Source of the DNA: an uncultured Eubacteriales bacterium
Lineage (GTDB): Bacteria; Bacillota; Clostridia; Peptostreptococcales; Anaerovoracaceae
DNA: 64,000 nt
Direction: 5' to 3'
Assembly (NCBI GenBank): GCA_902776285.1
Contig: CACYPK010000005.1
Coordinates: 15,405-79,404, forward strand
In this document: one piece after another, positions 1-8,942 of the stretch
Layout of the letters: every line of letters starts with the position of its first letter
Position numbering within the stretch: the first letter of the stretch is position 1
Notes under the pieces: generated by a model
Told to the model about the DNA's origin: nothing
Databases searched by the model: none
What the model saw: only the letters and a program-made list of their open reading frames with translations
Translations under genes and position numbers: made by a program

Positions 1-907
1 TGCGGGACATGCCTCCGCCCATCGGACGGCAGTTGACCTCTATAAGTACCGGCCCCTTCTCATCCACCATGTATTCGCCGTGGACAGGTCCGTACTGTAT
101 GCCTATGGCAGAAGCCACTTCGCACGCATAGCGGATCAGTTCCGAATGCCCTATCTCAAGTCTCGGCACCGCCATCGCATAGTTGTACGCGTTCGTGCCG
201 TTGGCGAGTTTGATTTTGTCATACCTCCAGACACTCACGACGCGGTGGCTGCCCGCGCAGGACACGGTGTTGACTATATATTCCGTGCCCATAATGCGCT
301 CCTGTATCATTATGCTGACCGCTTCATCGCCTTCCCTGACGTTATTGGAAAAGCTGGCGCGGACAGCGTCCAGCATTTCATCATATCCGTGACAAATGTA
401 TACTCCCTGTGTTCCCGCGCCGCGCACGCGCTTTACGACCACGTCTTCACTGCCAAGTTCTTTGTAATACTCTATGGCTTCCTCTTCACCGGTAACCACC
501 TTGCCGCGTATGCACCTGAGCCCGTGATCTTTCAGGGCCTGCTGCATTGAATCCTTCTCCGTCATGGCTTTCAGTCTGGAGACCGGATTGCCGGGAAGGC
601 CAAGATCTTCTGCCAGTCTTGTCGCGAGCGGTACGCCGAATTCACTGCCCGGGATGACCAGCACAGGGTCATATTCTTTTACCTTACAGAGAAGAACATC
701 ATAGTCAGCCTCCTCCGGAATGATCGTGAATCTTCCCTTGAGTTTTGCCTTGATGGGTTCTCTCAGCGCCCTGAAGAGAGCCTGCTCTTCATCTGTTCCG
801 ACGATTGCAGCTTCAAGCAGCACAGGCTCGTATCCTCGCGCGAGAACGTCATATATGTAGTTGACGCCGGTCGATATATATTCACAAATAATTATGTTCT
901 GTTTCAT
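1..907 (-). CDS. ATP-grasp domain protein. The N-terminal ~300 aa are in the window and the 3' end runs off the left edge.
   Basis: Not in the ORF track because it is open at the window edge. Manual reverse-strand translation from the ATG at 905-907 (RBS AAGGAA upstream) gives MKQNIIICEYISTGVNY...LGLPGNPVSRLKAMTEKDSMQQALKDHGLRCIRGKVV...VVVKRVRGAGTQGVYIC...IMIQERIMGTEYIVNTVS...GPVHGEYMVDEKGPVLIEVNCRPMGG. This is the typical ATP-grasp ligase layout. The + strand ORFs 80..550 and 183..392 are antisense artefacts. Confidence 0.65.
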   Translation of the reverse strand, partial: MKQNIIICEYISTGVNYIYDVLARGYEPVLLEAAIVGTDEEQALFRALREPIKAKLKGRFTIIPEEADYDVLLCKVKEYDPVLVIPGSEFGVPLATRLAEDLGLPGNPVSRLKAMTEKDSMQQALKDHGLRCIRGKVVTGEEEAIEYYKELGSEDVVVKRVRGAGTQGVYICHGYDEMLDAVRASFSNNVREGDEAVSIMIQERIMGTEYIVNTVSCAGSHRVVSVWRYDKIKLANGTNAYNYAMAVPRLEIGHSELIRYACEVASAIGIQYGPVHGEYMVDEKGPVLIEVNCRPMGGGMSR

Positions 908-943
908 CTGACTGTTCCTTTTTTCTCTATTACCGGGTGATGA

Positions 944-1735
944 TCATTTGAATCTCTTGATCCTGAGCCATATGCGGTTCTTTTTGGATCCGCTTCCTAT
1001 TTCTTCAAGTATGGCTTTGCCCTTTCCTTTCAGTACAAGTACAGCGCCCTCTTCGACTTTCGCGTCGGTTTTGAGGCATTCAATGTGGTCAACTGATACC
1101 AGTCCGCTCCGGACCGCTTCGGCCGCCGTACTTCTGGACATCCTGAACGCTGATGATATGACGCTGTCGAGCCGGACAGAACTTACTGTGTCTTTTATGA
1201 TCTCGCAGCGCGCTTCCGGCACTATCACTTCATCGACAGGCACTATCTCAGTTTTCACGGCGGTATTACCCGCCTGGCGATACTCTCTCAGAAGAAATTC
1301 AGCGATCTCGGGCACTATGAATACATCCGCGCCGTCGTCCCTGACGATTATGTCTCCTGTCAGCCGCCTTTCTATTCCAAGTCCGAGTATCGACCCCAGG
1401 TAGTCCCTGTGGCTCAGCGCCCTCGACATAGCCGGCTTACTCACTCTGAGCACTTCTATCAGGCCGTCAGCCGCATCTTTATCGCTGACCGGAAGATCCG
1501 CCGGGACGCATACCAGCATCCTTCGTTCGGCATCATCATAACCGCCGTACATAATCGTCCTGACACCCGCGGCATGTATGGCGGCACTTTTGGCCAGCAC
1601 CTGCTCGTGCGAGTCGAGAAAACCGGTAGCGGTCACGTACCAACCGTCCCGGCTTTGCGCTATTTTGTCCTCTATTTTCGCTATGGTCAGTTCATCCTTT
1701 GTCATAACGTCGGTCAGAGCAGTTTTTCGCTCCAC
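944..1735 (-). CDS. YlmH-like RNA-binding protein with a C-terminal S4 domain
   Basis: 263-aa ORF. The C-terminal VRLDSVISSAFRMSRSTAAEAVRSGLVSVDHIECLKTDAKVEEGAVLVLKGKG is an S4-type RNA-binding motif, and the overall layout is YlmH-like. The start is uncertain: GTG at 1735 overlaps the upstream gene by 22 nt, and the alternative ATG at 1705 does not. Confidence 0.7.
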   Translation of the reverse strand: MERKTALTDVMTKDELTIAKIEDKIAQSRDGWYVTATGFLDSHEQVLAKSAAIHAAGVRTIMYGGYDDAERRMLVCVPADLPVSDKDAADGLIEVLRVSKPAMSRALSHRDYLGSILGLGIERRLTGDIIVRDDGADVFIVPEIAEFLLREYRQAGNTAVKTEIVPVDEVIVPEARCEIIKDTVSSVRLDSVISSAFRMSRSTAAEAVRSGLVSVDHIECLKTDAKVEEGAVLVLKGKGKAILEEIGSGSKKNRIWLRIKRFK

Positions 1736-2067
1736 TCAGCTTCTCTGAAACCCGTCAGCACAAATCCGTCACCGACCAGCAGCGGTCTCTTCACCAGCAT
1801 GCCGTCAGCCGCAAGCAGCGCGAACTGCTCGTCCTCGCTCATATCAGGAAGCTTCTTGGAGAGCTCCAGATCCCTGTACTGCATGCCGCTGGTGTTGAAG
1901 AATCTCTTGAGCGGAAGCCCGCTCACGGCATGGTACTTCCTTAAAGCCTCTTCATCCGGGTTCTCAGTCTTTATATCTATTACCTCATGCCCGATGCCGT
2001 TGTCATCGAGCCACTTGAGCGCTTTCCTGCATGTGGAGCACTTACTGTAACAATAAACCTTTACCAC
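1714..2067 (-). CDS. ArsC/Spx/MgsR-family thioredoxin-fold protein (YffB-like)
   Basis: 117 aa. It has the N-terminal MVKVYCYSKCSTCRKALKWL CxxC-type motif plus GMLVKRPLLV, which are characteristic of the ArsC/Spx family. Confidence 0.8.
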   Translation of the reverse strand: MVKVYCYSKCSTCRKALKWLDDNGIGHEVIDIKTENPDEEALRKYHAVSGLPLKRFFNTSGMQYRDLELSKKLPDMSEDEQFALLAADGMLVKRPLLVGDGFVLTGFREAEWSEKLL

Positions 2068-2130
2068 TGCGCACCTCCTTTTATGTTTACCATTTTAAAC
2101 CATACGGGTCAGGATCGAAAGAAACAGTTT

Positions 2131-2166
2131 CACACAACAAAAGCGGAAAACATTCCCGCTTTTGAA
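2131..2166 (-). terminator. Candidate intrinsic terminator after the phosphatase gene cluster
   Basis: Hairpin AAAGCGG (2140-2146) / CCGCTTT (2156-2162). On the minus strand it is followed by TTGTTGTGTG. It lies 80 nt downstream of the stop at 2242. Confidence 0.5.
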
Positions 2167-2241
2167 TTATCAGTATGATCGCCGCGATGAATCACGCGCC
2201 CTTTTACTTACCGTCTTCTTCATGTCATATCCTCAAAAGCC

Positions 2242-2829
2242 TTACCGCTCCATTGCCTGCAATACAACAGGCACTGTGTACTCCCCGTCCCTGACATCAG
2301 CGGTATAAATATCGCAGTTTCCTATGTATTTTGACCAGTAGCTCCCCCTCGATTCAGGCGTCAGATACTCAAGAGCGCCTTTCATCGCTATGGCGTGTGT
2401 GGAAATGAGAATATTTGAGTTTTCGGCTTCCCCTTTTATATCCTCTAGAAATCTTCCGAGTCTCTCTACGACCTCATGAAGCGGCTCCATCCCTTCGGGC
2501 GCAGGTACATTTACAAAGTCCTCGAAAAAGGCCATGACTTCCGGAGCCGGATCCCTCAGATCCATGCCCTCATAAGGACCGTAATCCATTTCGATCAGTC
2601 TTTCATCTATGATGATCTCGGCGCCGGGAGCGGTTTTCTCGGCAGTCCTTACAGCCCTTTTGAGCGGACTTGTATAGACCTTGTCTATCTTCACTCCCAT
2701 GGCTGCCAGTCGTCCGGCGGCTTCCTCCGCCTGCGCCAGACCGGTCTCATTCAGCGGATGGTCGCTCCTGCCCTGCATCAGCATTTTCGTATTCAGTTCT
2801 GTCTGTCCGTGTCTGATTATAAATAACAT
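2242..2829 (-). CDS. Histidine phosphatase family protein (phosphoglycerate mutase-like)
   Basis: The ORF 2242..2931 contains MLFIIRHGQTELN...GRSDHPLNETG, the RHG catalytic motif, and a later STHA histidine. I place the start at the ATG at 2829 (Met35 of the track ORF), which removes the overlap with the upstream gene. Confidence 0.8.
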   Translation of the reverse strand: MLFIIRHGQTELNTKMLMQGRSDHPLNETGLAQAEEAAGRLAAMGVKIDKVYTSPLKRAVRTAEKTAPGAEIIIDERLIEMDYGPYEGMDLRDPAPEVMAFFEDFVNVPAPEGMEPLHEVVERLGRFLEDIKGEAENSNILISTHAIAMKGALEYLTPESRGSYWSKYIGNCDIYTADVRDGEYTVPVVLQAMER

Positions 2830-2891
2830 GTCTTTACTGTCTTGAAAGGTCGGGTATTCCCCGGCCTCCTGAATGAAATCGCTTTCCCACC

Positions 2892-3353
2892 TTACGTCGC
2901 GTTTTTTATCGTTCTGAGCAATCCCTCGCAACCCTCTGTCACATCACGCCAGGTCGCGTCGAAATTGCCGGTATACCAGGGATCCGCGACTTCCATGCCT
3001 GCCCTCTCCGTAAAATCAAGGAGCAGATGTATCTTTCCTTCCGGGTCGCCGCCTGTGATCCTGTTGATATTTCTGATGTTATTACGGTCCATGGCGATGA
3101 TCATGTCGTAGTGATCGTAGTCCGCCTTTGTCATCTGCCTCGCATGATGTCCGCTGCATGAGATGCCGTGCTCTGACAGGATCTTCCGTGCCGGAGGATA
3201 TACCGGATTGCCGATCTCTTCACGGCTTGTGGCGGCGGACGATATCTCGAAATCGTCGCCGATCCCCCTTCTCCTCACCATATCCTTGAGCACGAACTCG
3301 CTCATCGGGCTTCTGCAGATGGACCCGTGGCATACGAATAGTATCTTTTTCAT
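2892..3353 (-). CDS. Low-molecular-weight protein-tyrosine phosphatase
   Basis: MKKILFVCHGSICRSPM contains the CX5R(S/T) P-loop, and the C-terminal DPWY motif is present. The start ATG at 3353 overlaps the upstream TAA by one base (TAATG), which suggests translational coupling. Confidence 0.85.
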   Translation of the reverse strand: MKKILFVCHGSICRSPMSEFVLKDMVRRRGIGDDFEISSAATSREEIGNPVYPPARKILSEHGISCSGHHARQMTKADYDHYDMIIAMDRNNIRNINRITGGDPEGKIHLLLDFTERAGMEVADPWYTGNFDATWRDVTEGCEGLLRTIKNAT

Positions 3354-4237
3354 TATTTCAAACTGCCTTCTCCGCATTTTCCGCAGTCACTGCAGCCGTT
3401 GCATATGAGCTTCATCGCACACTCCCTGCAGTTGGCGCAGTAATGCTTCACATAAAGCATGTCCTCGGGCACAGGAAGTCCCCAGCTGTCTGTCAGAACG
3501 AACTCCATGGGCCTGCCCTGATAATTCATCCCGGATCTCAGCGCCTGGCTTGTCTGGAGCCTCTTGCCGTTCAGAGTGTATCTCTTTCCGTCCTTGATGA
3601 ACACTGTACCTGTTTCCATGAAGCAGAATGTTATGTCTCGTGCCTCGCAATCCGCTCTCAGCGATCTCACCCAGTCAAAGTCGCAGGGTCTTCTGCCTCC
3701 GTAATTCTCTCCACCGCATACGACCTGCTCTATCTGCCCGCTGTCCAGGTACTTTCCGAGACTCACCGCTCCCAGGATTGGAGCGACATACACGCCCTTA
3801 TGTTTGAATGGCAGTTCAAGAAGCAGCGGGATCCTCTCATCGGCCCTCTTCTGGTTCTCTGTCGTCACATTCAGGAAAATGTTTTCCCAGCCATCGCCCC
3901 AGTCAGCCGGCAGGCATTCCTCGATCCTCTCAGGTCTTTTGGTGACCAGGATAAAGATCACGTCGCTTCGCGTGCGTATTATGTTCCATGCTTCTCCGCG
4001 CCACTGATCCGCTTCTTCCAAAAAGAAGTCCGATGTCATGCAGACGCTGATCTTTTCACCGCTCTGTATCTTGTAGCGTCCCTTTCTGTCTTTGGACAGA
4101 GGATAACGGGCGTTTGAGGTAAGATATATCTCAGCGCCGTCCTTATCTCTCATATCATCAAGATAATACATATAGCAGTTCTCACAGCCTTCACTGCATT
4201 TTTTGCATCCGTGCCACGGATTCCAGATGTCATGCAT
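3353..4237 (-). CDS. DUF5131 (phage Gp37/Gp68 family) protein with an extra C-terminal Cys-rich tail
   Basis: The N-terminus MHDIWNPWHGCKKCSEGCENCY is the signature start of the Gp37/Gp68 family (CxxCxxxCxxC). The C-terminal 32 aa carry 8 more Cys: CANCRECAMKLICNGCSDCGKC. Confidence 0.75.
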   Translation of the reverse strand: MHDIWNPWHGCKKCSEGCENCYMYYLDDMRDKDGAEIYLTSNARYPLSKDRKGRYKIQSGEKISVCMTSDFFLEEADQWRGEAWNIIRTRSDVIFILVTKRPERIEECLPADWGDGWENIFLNVTTENQKRADERIPLLLELPFKHKGVYVAPILGAVSLGKYLDSGQIEQVVCGGENYGGRRPCDFDWVRSLRADCEARDITFCFMETGTVFIKDGKRYTLNGKRLQTSQALRSGMNYQGRPMEFVLTDSWGLPVPEDMLYVKHYCANCRECAMKLICNGCSDCGKCGEGSLK

Positions 4238-4270
4238 CGCCCCGTCTTTTAACCCTTATATATAAATCGT

Positions 4271-4564
4271 CTATATGCTGATCTTTCTCTTGTCCGGATC
4301 CGCGGCCTGTCTATACAGGACGAATCTCCTTCCGATCGCCTGAACGAACTCTGCTCCGAGCTCTTTCGCGATATCGTTTGCTGTCTCCTTCGGATCGGCA
4401 AGCGAGCCTTCCTGGATCTGGACCTTTACGAGTTCATGCGCTGTCAGATAATCGTCGATGGAACGGATAACGGCAGGCGTGACCTCATCCTTGCCTATCA
4501 TGACCGCGGGCTTAAGTTCCTGCGCCAGTTTCTTGAGCTCGCTTCTCTGTTTTCCTGTGATCAT
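4271..4564 (-). CDS. yhbY: Ribosome-assembly RNA-binding protein YhbY (CRM domain)
   Basis: MITGKQRSELKKLAQELKPAVMIGKDEVTPAVIRSIDDYLTAHELVKVQI is the YhbY/CRS1 pattern. I place the start at the ATG at 4564, which has AAGGAG 9 nt upstream. The track start at 4594 has no RBS. Confidence 0.85.
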   Translation of the reverse strand: MITGKQRSELKKLAQELKPAVMIGKDEVTPAVIRSIDDYLTAHELVKVQIQEGSLADPKETANDIAKELGAEFVQAIGRRFVLYRQAADPDKRKISI

Positions 4565-4586
4565 TCCTTTAATCTCCTTTTCTGCT

Positions 4587-6530
4587 TTAGGCATTGACTA
4601 TTGTATCACACAACCGAAGAAATTCATTTGCATCCGCCGTGTCTGATTCCGAAAGTGTGCCGGGCACATGGCTGAATGGCCCCGGTACTATTTTGCCCGT
4701 ACGTTTGTTGCCGAAGAAATCAGTATCAAATACGATCTCTGTCCCATCCGGGTTCTCAAACCTCTGATCCGGCTCAAACGCCTTGCCCAGGATATCCGAA
4801 GTGATCATCCTGCATCCGGACGCGGTCTCATGCCTGCATGGAGCCGCTCCGTCAAGGTACAGATTGCCTTCCGACCATACGGGCAGTTTTCCGAAATGAG
4901 CCTTTTCCAGTTCGGCCATATCCGCAGGTCTTGTGAAATCGAACTGTGAATACCATTCCTCAAATGTCGGATAGTCATCAAACACCCAGGTTCCTGCTTT
5001 TCTGTTTTCATATTCCTTGCCGTCATCGATGTCGTGGAGTATCTCGGCGTCTTCCGCAGGCCACTTCTGAATGAAAACATTATTATAGAAGCGGTTGTCA
5101 CCGTGCAGTATGGTCATGAATCCCATGACTTCCGTTCTGTGAGGTATATGGTACGGAGTATATCTCCAGGTAGTTCCGGCTCCGACGCTTGTGAAAGCTC
5201 CGCATATAAGATTGTGTACCATCGCTACACCCTGTGTGGCAAAGCGCAGACTCACATCGGACAGGAGCACGTTGTTGTCGATCAGGGTAGGACCGTGACT
5301 GACTTCGACGAAAAGGTCCTGCGACATCATGCCGCCTTTAAGCTGCCTGGCTCCCTGCGGGCGCTGATTATGATGAAGATAATTGCAGCTGATGCGAGTC
5401 CCCTGAGCTTCCCAGTCACACCAGATGCCCATAGTGCAGTGGTGGATGTGATTCCGACGGATATTCACATCGATGGCCGCATGCAACTTGATGCCCGCGA
5501 TCTCGGCTCCTCCGAGTTCCATCATGTTGTTTATATGGTGGATATGATTGTCCTCAATTATGCTGAACACACCGCCCATACGACCGATGATGCCGCCCTG
5601 CTGACAGTGATGTATGTTATTTCGTCTGATAATATGGCCGCCTATGTTTTCCTTCAACCAGCCGTGATACTGACCGCGGCATACAGAGTCCCTCTCCATC
5701 TGAGTCGGGCTTTTGAGATATCTGGTAGTAAAGTAATTGTCATTATCAGGATCGTAATACCTGCCGAGAGAAATGCCGGCGCACTTGCTGTCGGCGATCT
5801 CGCAGTCCTCGATTATCCATCCCTTGCTCCAGTGCGGTCCGATCATTCCGTCCTGAAAAGCGGCCGGCGGAGCCCAGGTAGTCGCGGCTCTTTCAATCTT
5901 GAAGCCCCTGACAGTGATATAGTTTCTCCCTGTCGAAGACGGCCAGAAGCATTCTCTCCTGACGTTGATCTCAACTCTTTCCGAATTCGGATCCATATCT
6001 TGGAAGTTAGCGTATATCACCGTATTATCATTGGCTTCATCCTGCTCGGTATACCATTTGTAGATCGAACGGTCCGGATCCCAGCTGACATCGCTTACCT
6101 CACCGCGCACGCATTCCTCAAGGCTTGAAGTCTCATACATCGCGGTATCGTTCAGATACACGCAGCCCGTGTGCTTATCCGCGCGCGCAAAATACCAGTC
6201 ACCGTATACCAGAGTTGTATAGGGATTATAGTCACCGAAAACAGAGTTGCCGATCCGCGTCATCCAAACGCTGCCCTCGTATCTCTCCCATTCGTCTATT
6301 CGTTCCGCGCCGGAAATGACCGCTCCAAGGGGCTCACGGCTTACATATGTTATCCTTCCGTCCTCAGTCCCTGAATTCACGGGATCAACGTTCTCGCGAT
6401 ATACGCCGGGCGACACGAATACAGTATCGCCGGGACGCGCTGCAGCGGCGGCTTCACTTATCCTGCGGAAAGGTCTCTCCGCGCTTCCGTCTCCATGCGG
6501 TTTTGCTTTCAGATCTACATAAATGTCCAT
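4587..6530 (-). CDS. Right-handed parallel beta-helix repeat protein (pectin-lyase fold), with no signal peptide
   Basis: The N-terminus MDIYVDLKAKPHGDGSAERPFRRISEAAAAARPGDTVFVSPGVYRE is a DUF1565-like beta-helix cap. It is followed by repeated NN(I/H)IHH and similar turns (IIRRNNIHHC, IEDNHIHHIN, IRRNHIHHC). The start is taken as ATG 6530; the alternatives are 6554 and 6614. Confidence 0.6.
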   Translation of the reverse strand: MDIYVDLKAKPHGDGSAERPFRRISEAAAAARPGDTVFVSPGVYRENVDPVNSGTEDGRITYVSREPLGAVISGAERIDEWERYEGSVWMTRIGNSVFGDYNPYTTLVYGDWYFARADKHTGCVYLNDTAMYETSSLEECVRGEVSDVSWDPDRSIYKWYTEQDEANDNTVIYANFQDMDPNSERVEINVRRECFWPSSTGRNYITVRGFKIERAATTWAPPAAFQDGMIGPHWSKGWIIEDCEIADSKCAGISLGRYYDPDNDNYFTTRYLKSPTQMERDSVCRGQYHGWLKENIGGHIIRRNNIHHCQQGGIIGRMGGVFSIIEDNHIHHINNMMELGGAEIAGIKLHAAIDVNIRRNHIHHCTMGIWCDWEAQGTRISCNYLHHNQRPQGARQLKGGMMSQDLFVEVSHGPTLIDNNVLLSDVSLRFATQGVAMVHNLICGAFTSVGAGTTWRYTPYHIPHRTEVMGFMTILHGDNRFYNNVFIQKWPAEDAEILHDIDDGKEYENRKAGTWVFDDYPTFEEWYSQFDFTRPADMAELEKAHFGKLPVWSEGNLYLDGAAPCRHETASGCRMITSDILGKAFEPDQRFENPDGTEIVFDTDFFGNKRTGKIVPGPFSHVPGTLSESDTADANEFLRLCDTIVNA

Positions 6531-6649
6531 AGTGTTCCGTTCCTTTGATTTCATGATCTTCATAAACAGCTGCCCTGAACTTTCACGGGCGGCTTCACAG
6601 TACAATCTTAACATACTGCCGGCCGCTCTTTGCAGTAAACAAAAGTCAA

Positions 6650-6678
6650 TTGACTAAAGATATGTCAGTTTCTATAAT
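6650..6678 (+). promoter_or_regulatory. Sigma-70-type promoter for the hisD-family gene
   Basis: TTGACT (6650-6655), a 17-nt spacer, then TATAAT (6673-6678). It lies about 37 nt upstream of the ATG at 6715. The -35 element sits inside the palindrome GTCAATTGAC (6645-6654). Confidence 0.7.
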
Positions 6679-6714
6679 ATGCCCATATAAGCAAACCAGT
6701 GAGTGGAGCATGAT

Positions 6715-7977
6715 ATGCAGACGATAAAAGCATCAAAAACACGCAGCAACGATGAGAACAAGCAGCTTGTAGAGATCGTTGCCGAGATCATAAATAACGT
6801 ACGTGAGCGCGGTGACGAGGCTCTGAAAGATTATGCTGCCGCGTTTGACGCGTCAGACAGAAGCAGTTTCAGAGTCAGCAGAGCAGAGATCGAAGAAGCG
6901 TACGACGCGGTCGATGATACCTTTATCTCCGATCTGAGGCAGGCAAAGGCGAATATAGAGGCCTTCGCCGTTGCTCAGAAAGCGGCTCTGCGGCCTGTCG
7001 ATGATTTCAGCCCTGCGCCCGGCATACATCTGAGTCACAGGATAATCCCCGTGGATTCCTGCTGCTGCTATGTGCCGGGAGGCAACTACCCTCTGTATTC
7101 ATCCGCTCTGATGCTCATAACCCCTGCGAAAGTCGCAGGCGTAAGCAGGATATGCGCCGCATCGCCTGTCGTCCACGGCACCGCGTCCATCAATAAAAAA
7201 ACTTTAGTCGCGATGGATATAGCCGGAGCCGATGAGATATACGCTGTCTCAGGCGCGCAGGCAATTGCCGCGTTTGCCTACGGCACGCAGCAGATCGATC
7301 CTGTGGACATGATAGTCGGTCCGGGCAACCGCTATGTAGCTGAGGCAAAACGGCAATGCTACGGCAAAGTGGGCATCGATTTTGTTGCCGGCCCGAGCGA
7401 AGTGCTCATAATAGCCGATGAAACCGCCGATCCTTCTGTTATCGCCGCAGACCTTCTTGCCCAGTGCGAGCATGATGTGAACGCGAAAGGGATACTCATC
7501 AGCACGAGCCATGATTTGGCCTCTGAAGTGCTGAAAGCCGTAGAAGAAGAGCTCAGGGATCTTCCGACTGCTTCCGTGGCGGGAAAGTCATGGAACGACT
7601 ACGGTGAAATACTGCTGGCAGACGATCTCGAGGAGGCCGTCAGATGCGCCAACAGCATGGCTCCGGAACACCTTGAACTCAACGTGTCAGATCCCGAAGC
7701 CGTTACAGGCGATCTGAGAAATTACGGTTCTCTCTTTGTCGGAGCAAACACGGCGGAAGTCTTCGGAGATTACGCATCCGGAACGAACCACACTCTTCCG
7801 ACGCTCGGGGCTTCACGCTACACAGGCGGCGTGTGGGCAGGCACATTCCTCAAGGTCTGCACATCACAGTGGATGACTGATGAAGCTTCATCCTCCATCG
7901 CTCCTCTTGTGAAGCGGCTTGCCGAAGGTGAGGGTCTTATGGCCCATGCCGAAGCGGCATCAAAACGCATCAGATAG
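6715..7977 (+). CDS. hisD: Histidinol dehydrogenase family enzyme (HisD, or an HpsN-like paralogue)
   Basis: The family motifs are all present: YVPGG, AQCEHD, APEHLEL, GDYASGTNHTLPT and a C-terminal HAEA. The start at ATG 6715 has GGAG 6 nt upstream; the track gives GTG 6703. No other his genes are nearby. Confidence 0.85.
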   Translation: MQTIKASKTRSNDENKQLVEIVAEIINNVRERGDEALKDYAAAFDASDRSSFRVSRAEIEEAYDAVDDTFISDLRQAKANIEAFAVAQKAALRPVDDFSPAPGIHLSHRIIPVDSCCCYVPGGNYPLYSSALMLITPAKVAGVSRICAASPVVHGTASINKKTLVAMDIAGADEIYAVSGAQAIAAFAYGTQQIDPVDMIVGPGNRYVAEAKRQCYGKVGIDFVAGPSEVLIIADETADPSVIAADLLAQCEHDVNAKGILISTSHDLASEVLKAVEEELRDLPTASVAGKSWNDYGEILLADDLEEAVRCANSMAPEHLELNVSDPEAVTGDLRNYGSLFVGANTAEVFGDYASGTNHTLPTLGASRYTGGVWAGTFLKVCTSQWMTDEASSSIAPLVKRLAEGEGLMAHAEAASKRIR

Positions 7978-8014
7978 GCGCTTGATCGCTAAAAAATTTG
8001 AACGTTATATCTTT

Positions 8015-8038
8015 CAGACCCTTCGGGGTCTGTTTTTG
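8015..8038 (+). terminator. Intrinsic terminator after the hisD-family gene
   Basis: CAGACCC-TTCG-GGGTCTG followed by TTTTT. Confidence 0.9.
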
Positions 8039-8074
8039 TATGATATTTTGTACTTTCTTGTACGGCCGCAGCAA

Positions 8075-8103
8075 TTGACTTGAGACGGAATGTCTGTTAT
8101 ATT
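8075..8103 (+). promoter_or_regulatory. Sigma-70-type promoter for the ABC importer operon
   Basis: TTGACT (8075-8080), a 17-nt spacer, then TATATT (8098-8103). It shares CAATTGACT and ATGTC(A/T)G with the 6650 promoter. Confidence 0.65.
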
Positions 8104-8180
8104 GCATTCATCACGTTAATGCTTTAGCACGTTAAACCGCTAAATCGACAGCAAGTAGCTGTACCGCTTAAGGCTCAAAA

Positions 8181-8942
8181 ATGAAGAAGACCCGAATTCT
8201 CTCATCGACATCATTCCTTCTCATAATCGTCATATGGTGCGTCATAACCTATGGCGGTCTGGTCGCGGAGATCTTCGTTCCTTCGCCTACGGCCGTGATA
8301 CGCAAGATCTGCGAATCATCGGCGGACGGAAGCCTGTGGGCCAATTGCTGGATCTCGACAAAGAGAGTCATGATAGGCTGGGCTCTGGCGGCAGTGATAG
8401 CTCTCCCCTGCGGCATGGTCATGGCGAGGTCGCAGGCATTCAACGCCCTGATGAGACCGATAATGGAATTTGCGAGATACCTTCCGGTAGTGGCTCTTGT
8501 ACCTCTCACCATCCTGTACGTAGGCATAGATGAGAGCCAGAAATATCTGATCATTTTTCTGGGGACCTTCTTTCAGCTGGTACTGATGATACAGGACACG
8601 GTCTCAGGAATAGACGTGAATCAGATAAACGCCGCGCTGACTCTCGGCGCAAGCAGGACGCAGCTTTATAAAGACGTGATCTTCATGGCCGCCCTTCCGG
8701 GAGTCCTTGACGACTTCAGGATGACGATCGGATGGGCCTGGACCTACCTGGTAGTTGCCGAGATGGTAGCCGCGAGCTCCGGCCTGGGATACATTATCCT
8801 TAAGTCCCAGCGCTTCATGGGTACTGATGTCATATTCATGGGACTCATTTTCATAGGACTCATCGGACTTCTGACGGACTTTGTGATGAGGGTCCTCACC
8901 CGCATCATAGTGCCGTGGTATAAGCGGCTTGGAGACGCGTAG
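8181..8942 (+). CDS. ABC transporter permease, NitT/TauT (nitrate/sulfonate/taurine) family
   Basis: 253-aa polytopic membrane protein with the BPD-transporter EAA-like region ([23 protein letters not shown]). Its size and layout match SsuC/TauC-type permeases. Confidence 0.85.
   Translation: MKKTRILSSTSFLLIIVIWCVITYGGLVAEIFVPSPTAVIRKICESSADGSLWANCWISTKRVMIGWALAAVIALPCGMVMARSQAFNALMRPIMEFARYLPVVALVPLTILYVGIDESQKYLIIFLGTFFQLVLMIQDTVSGIDVNQINAALTLGASRTQLYKDVIFMAALPGVLDDFRMTIGWAWTYLVVAEMVAASSGLGYIILKSQRFMGTDVIFMGLIFIGLIGLLTDFVMRVLTRIIVPWYKRLGDA

Noticed and set aside
6645-6654. Recurrence of the palindrome GTCAATTGAC or CAATTGAC at 6645, 8072 and 59038, considered as a possible shared regulatory motif.
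   Set aside because: The third occurrence is simply the loop and apex of a terminator hairpin, and TTGAC is the -35 core, so chance recurrence is likely. Only the similarity between the two promoters (6647-6678 and 8072-8103) is retained, within the HisD/ABC finding.
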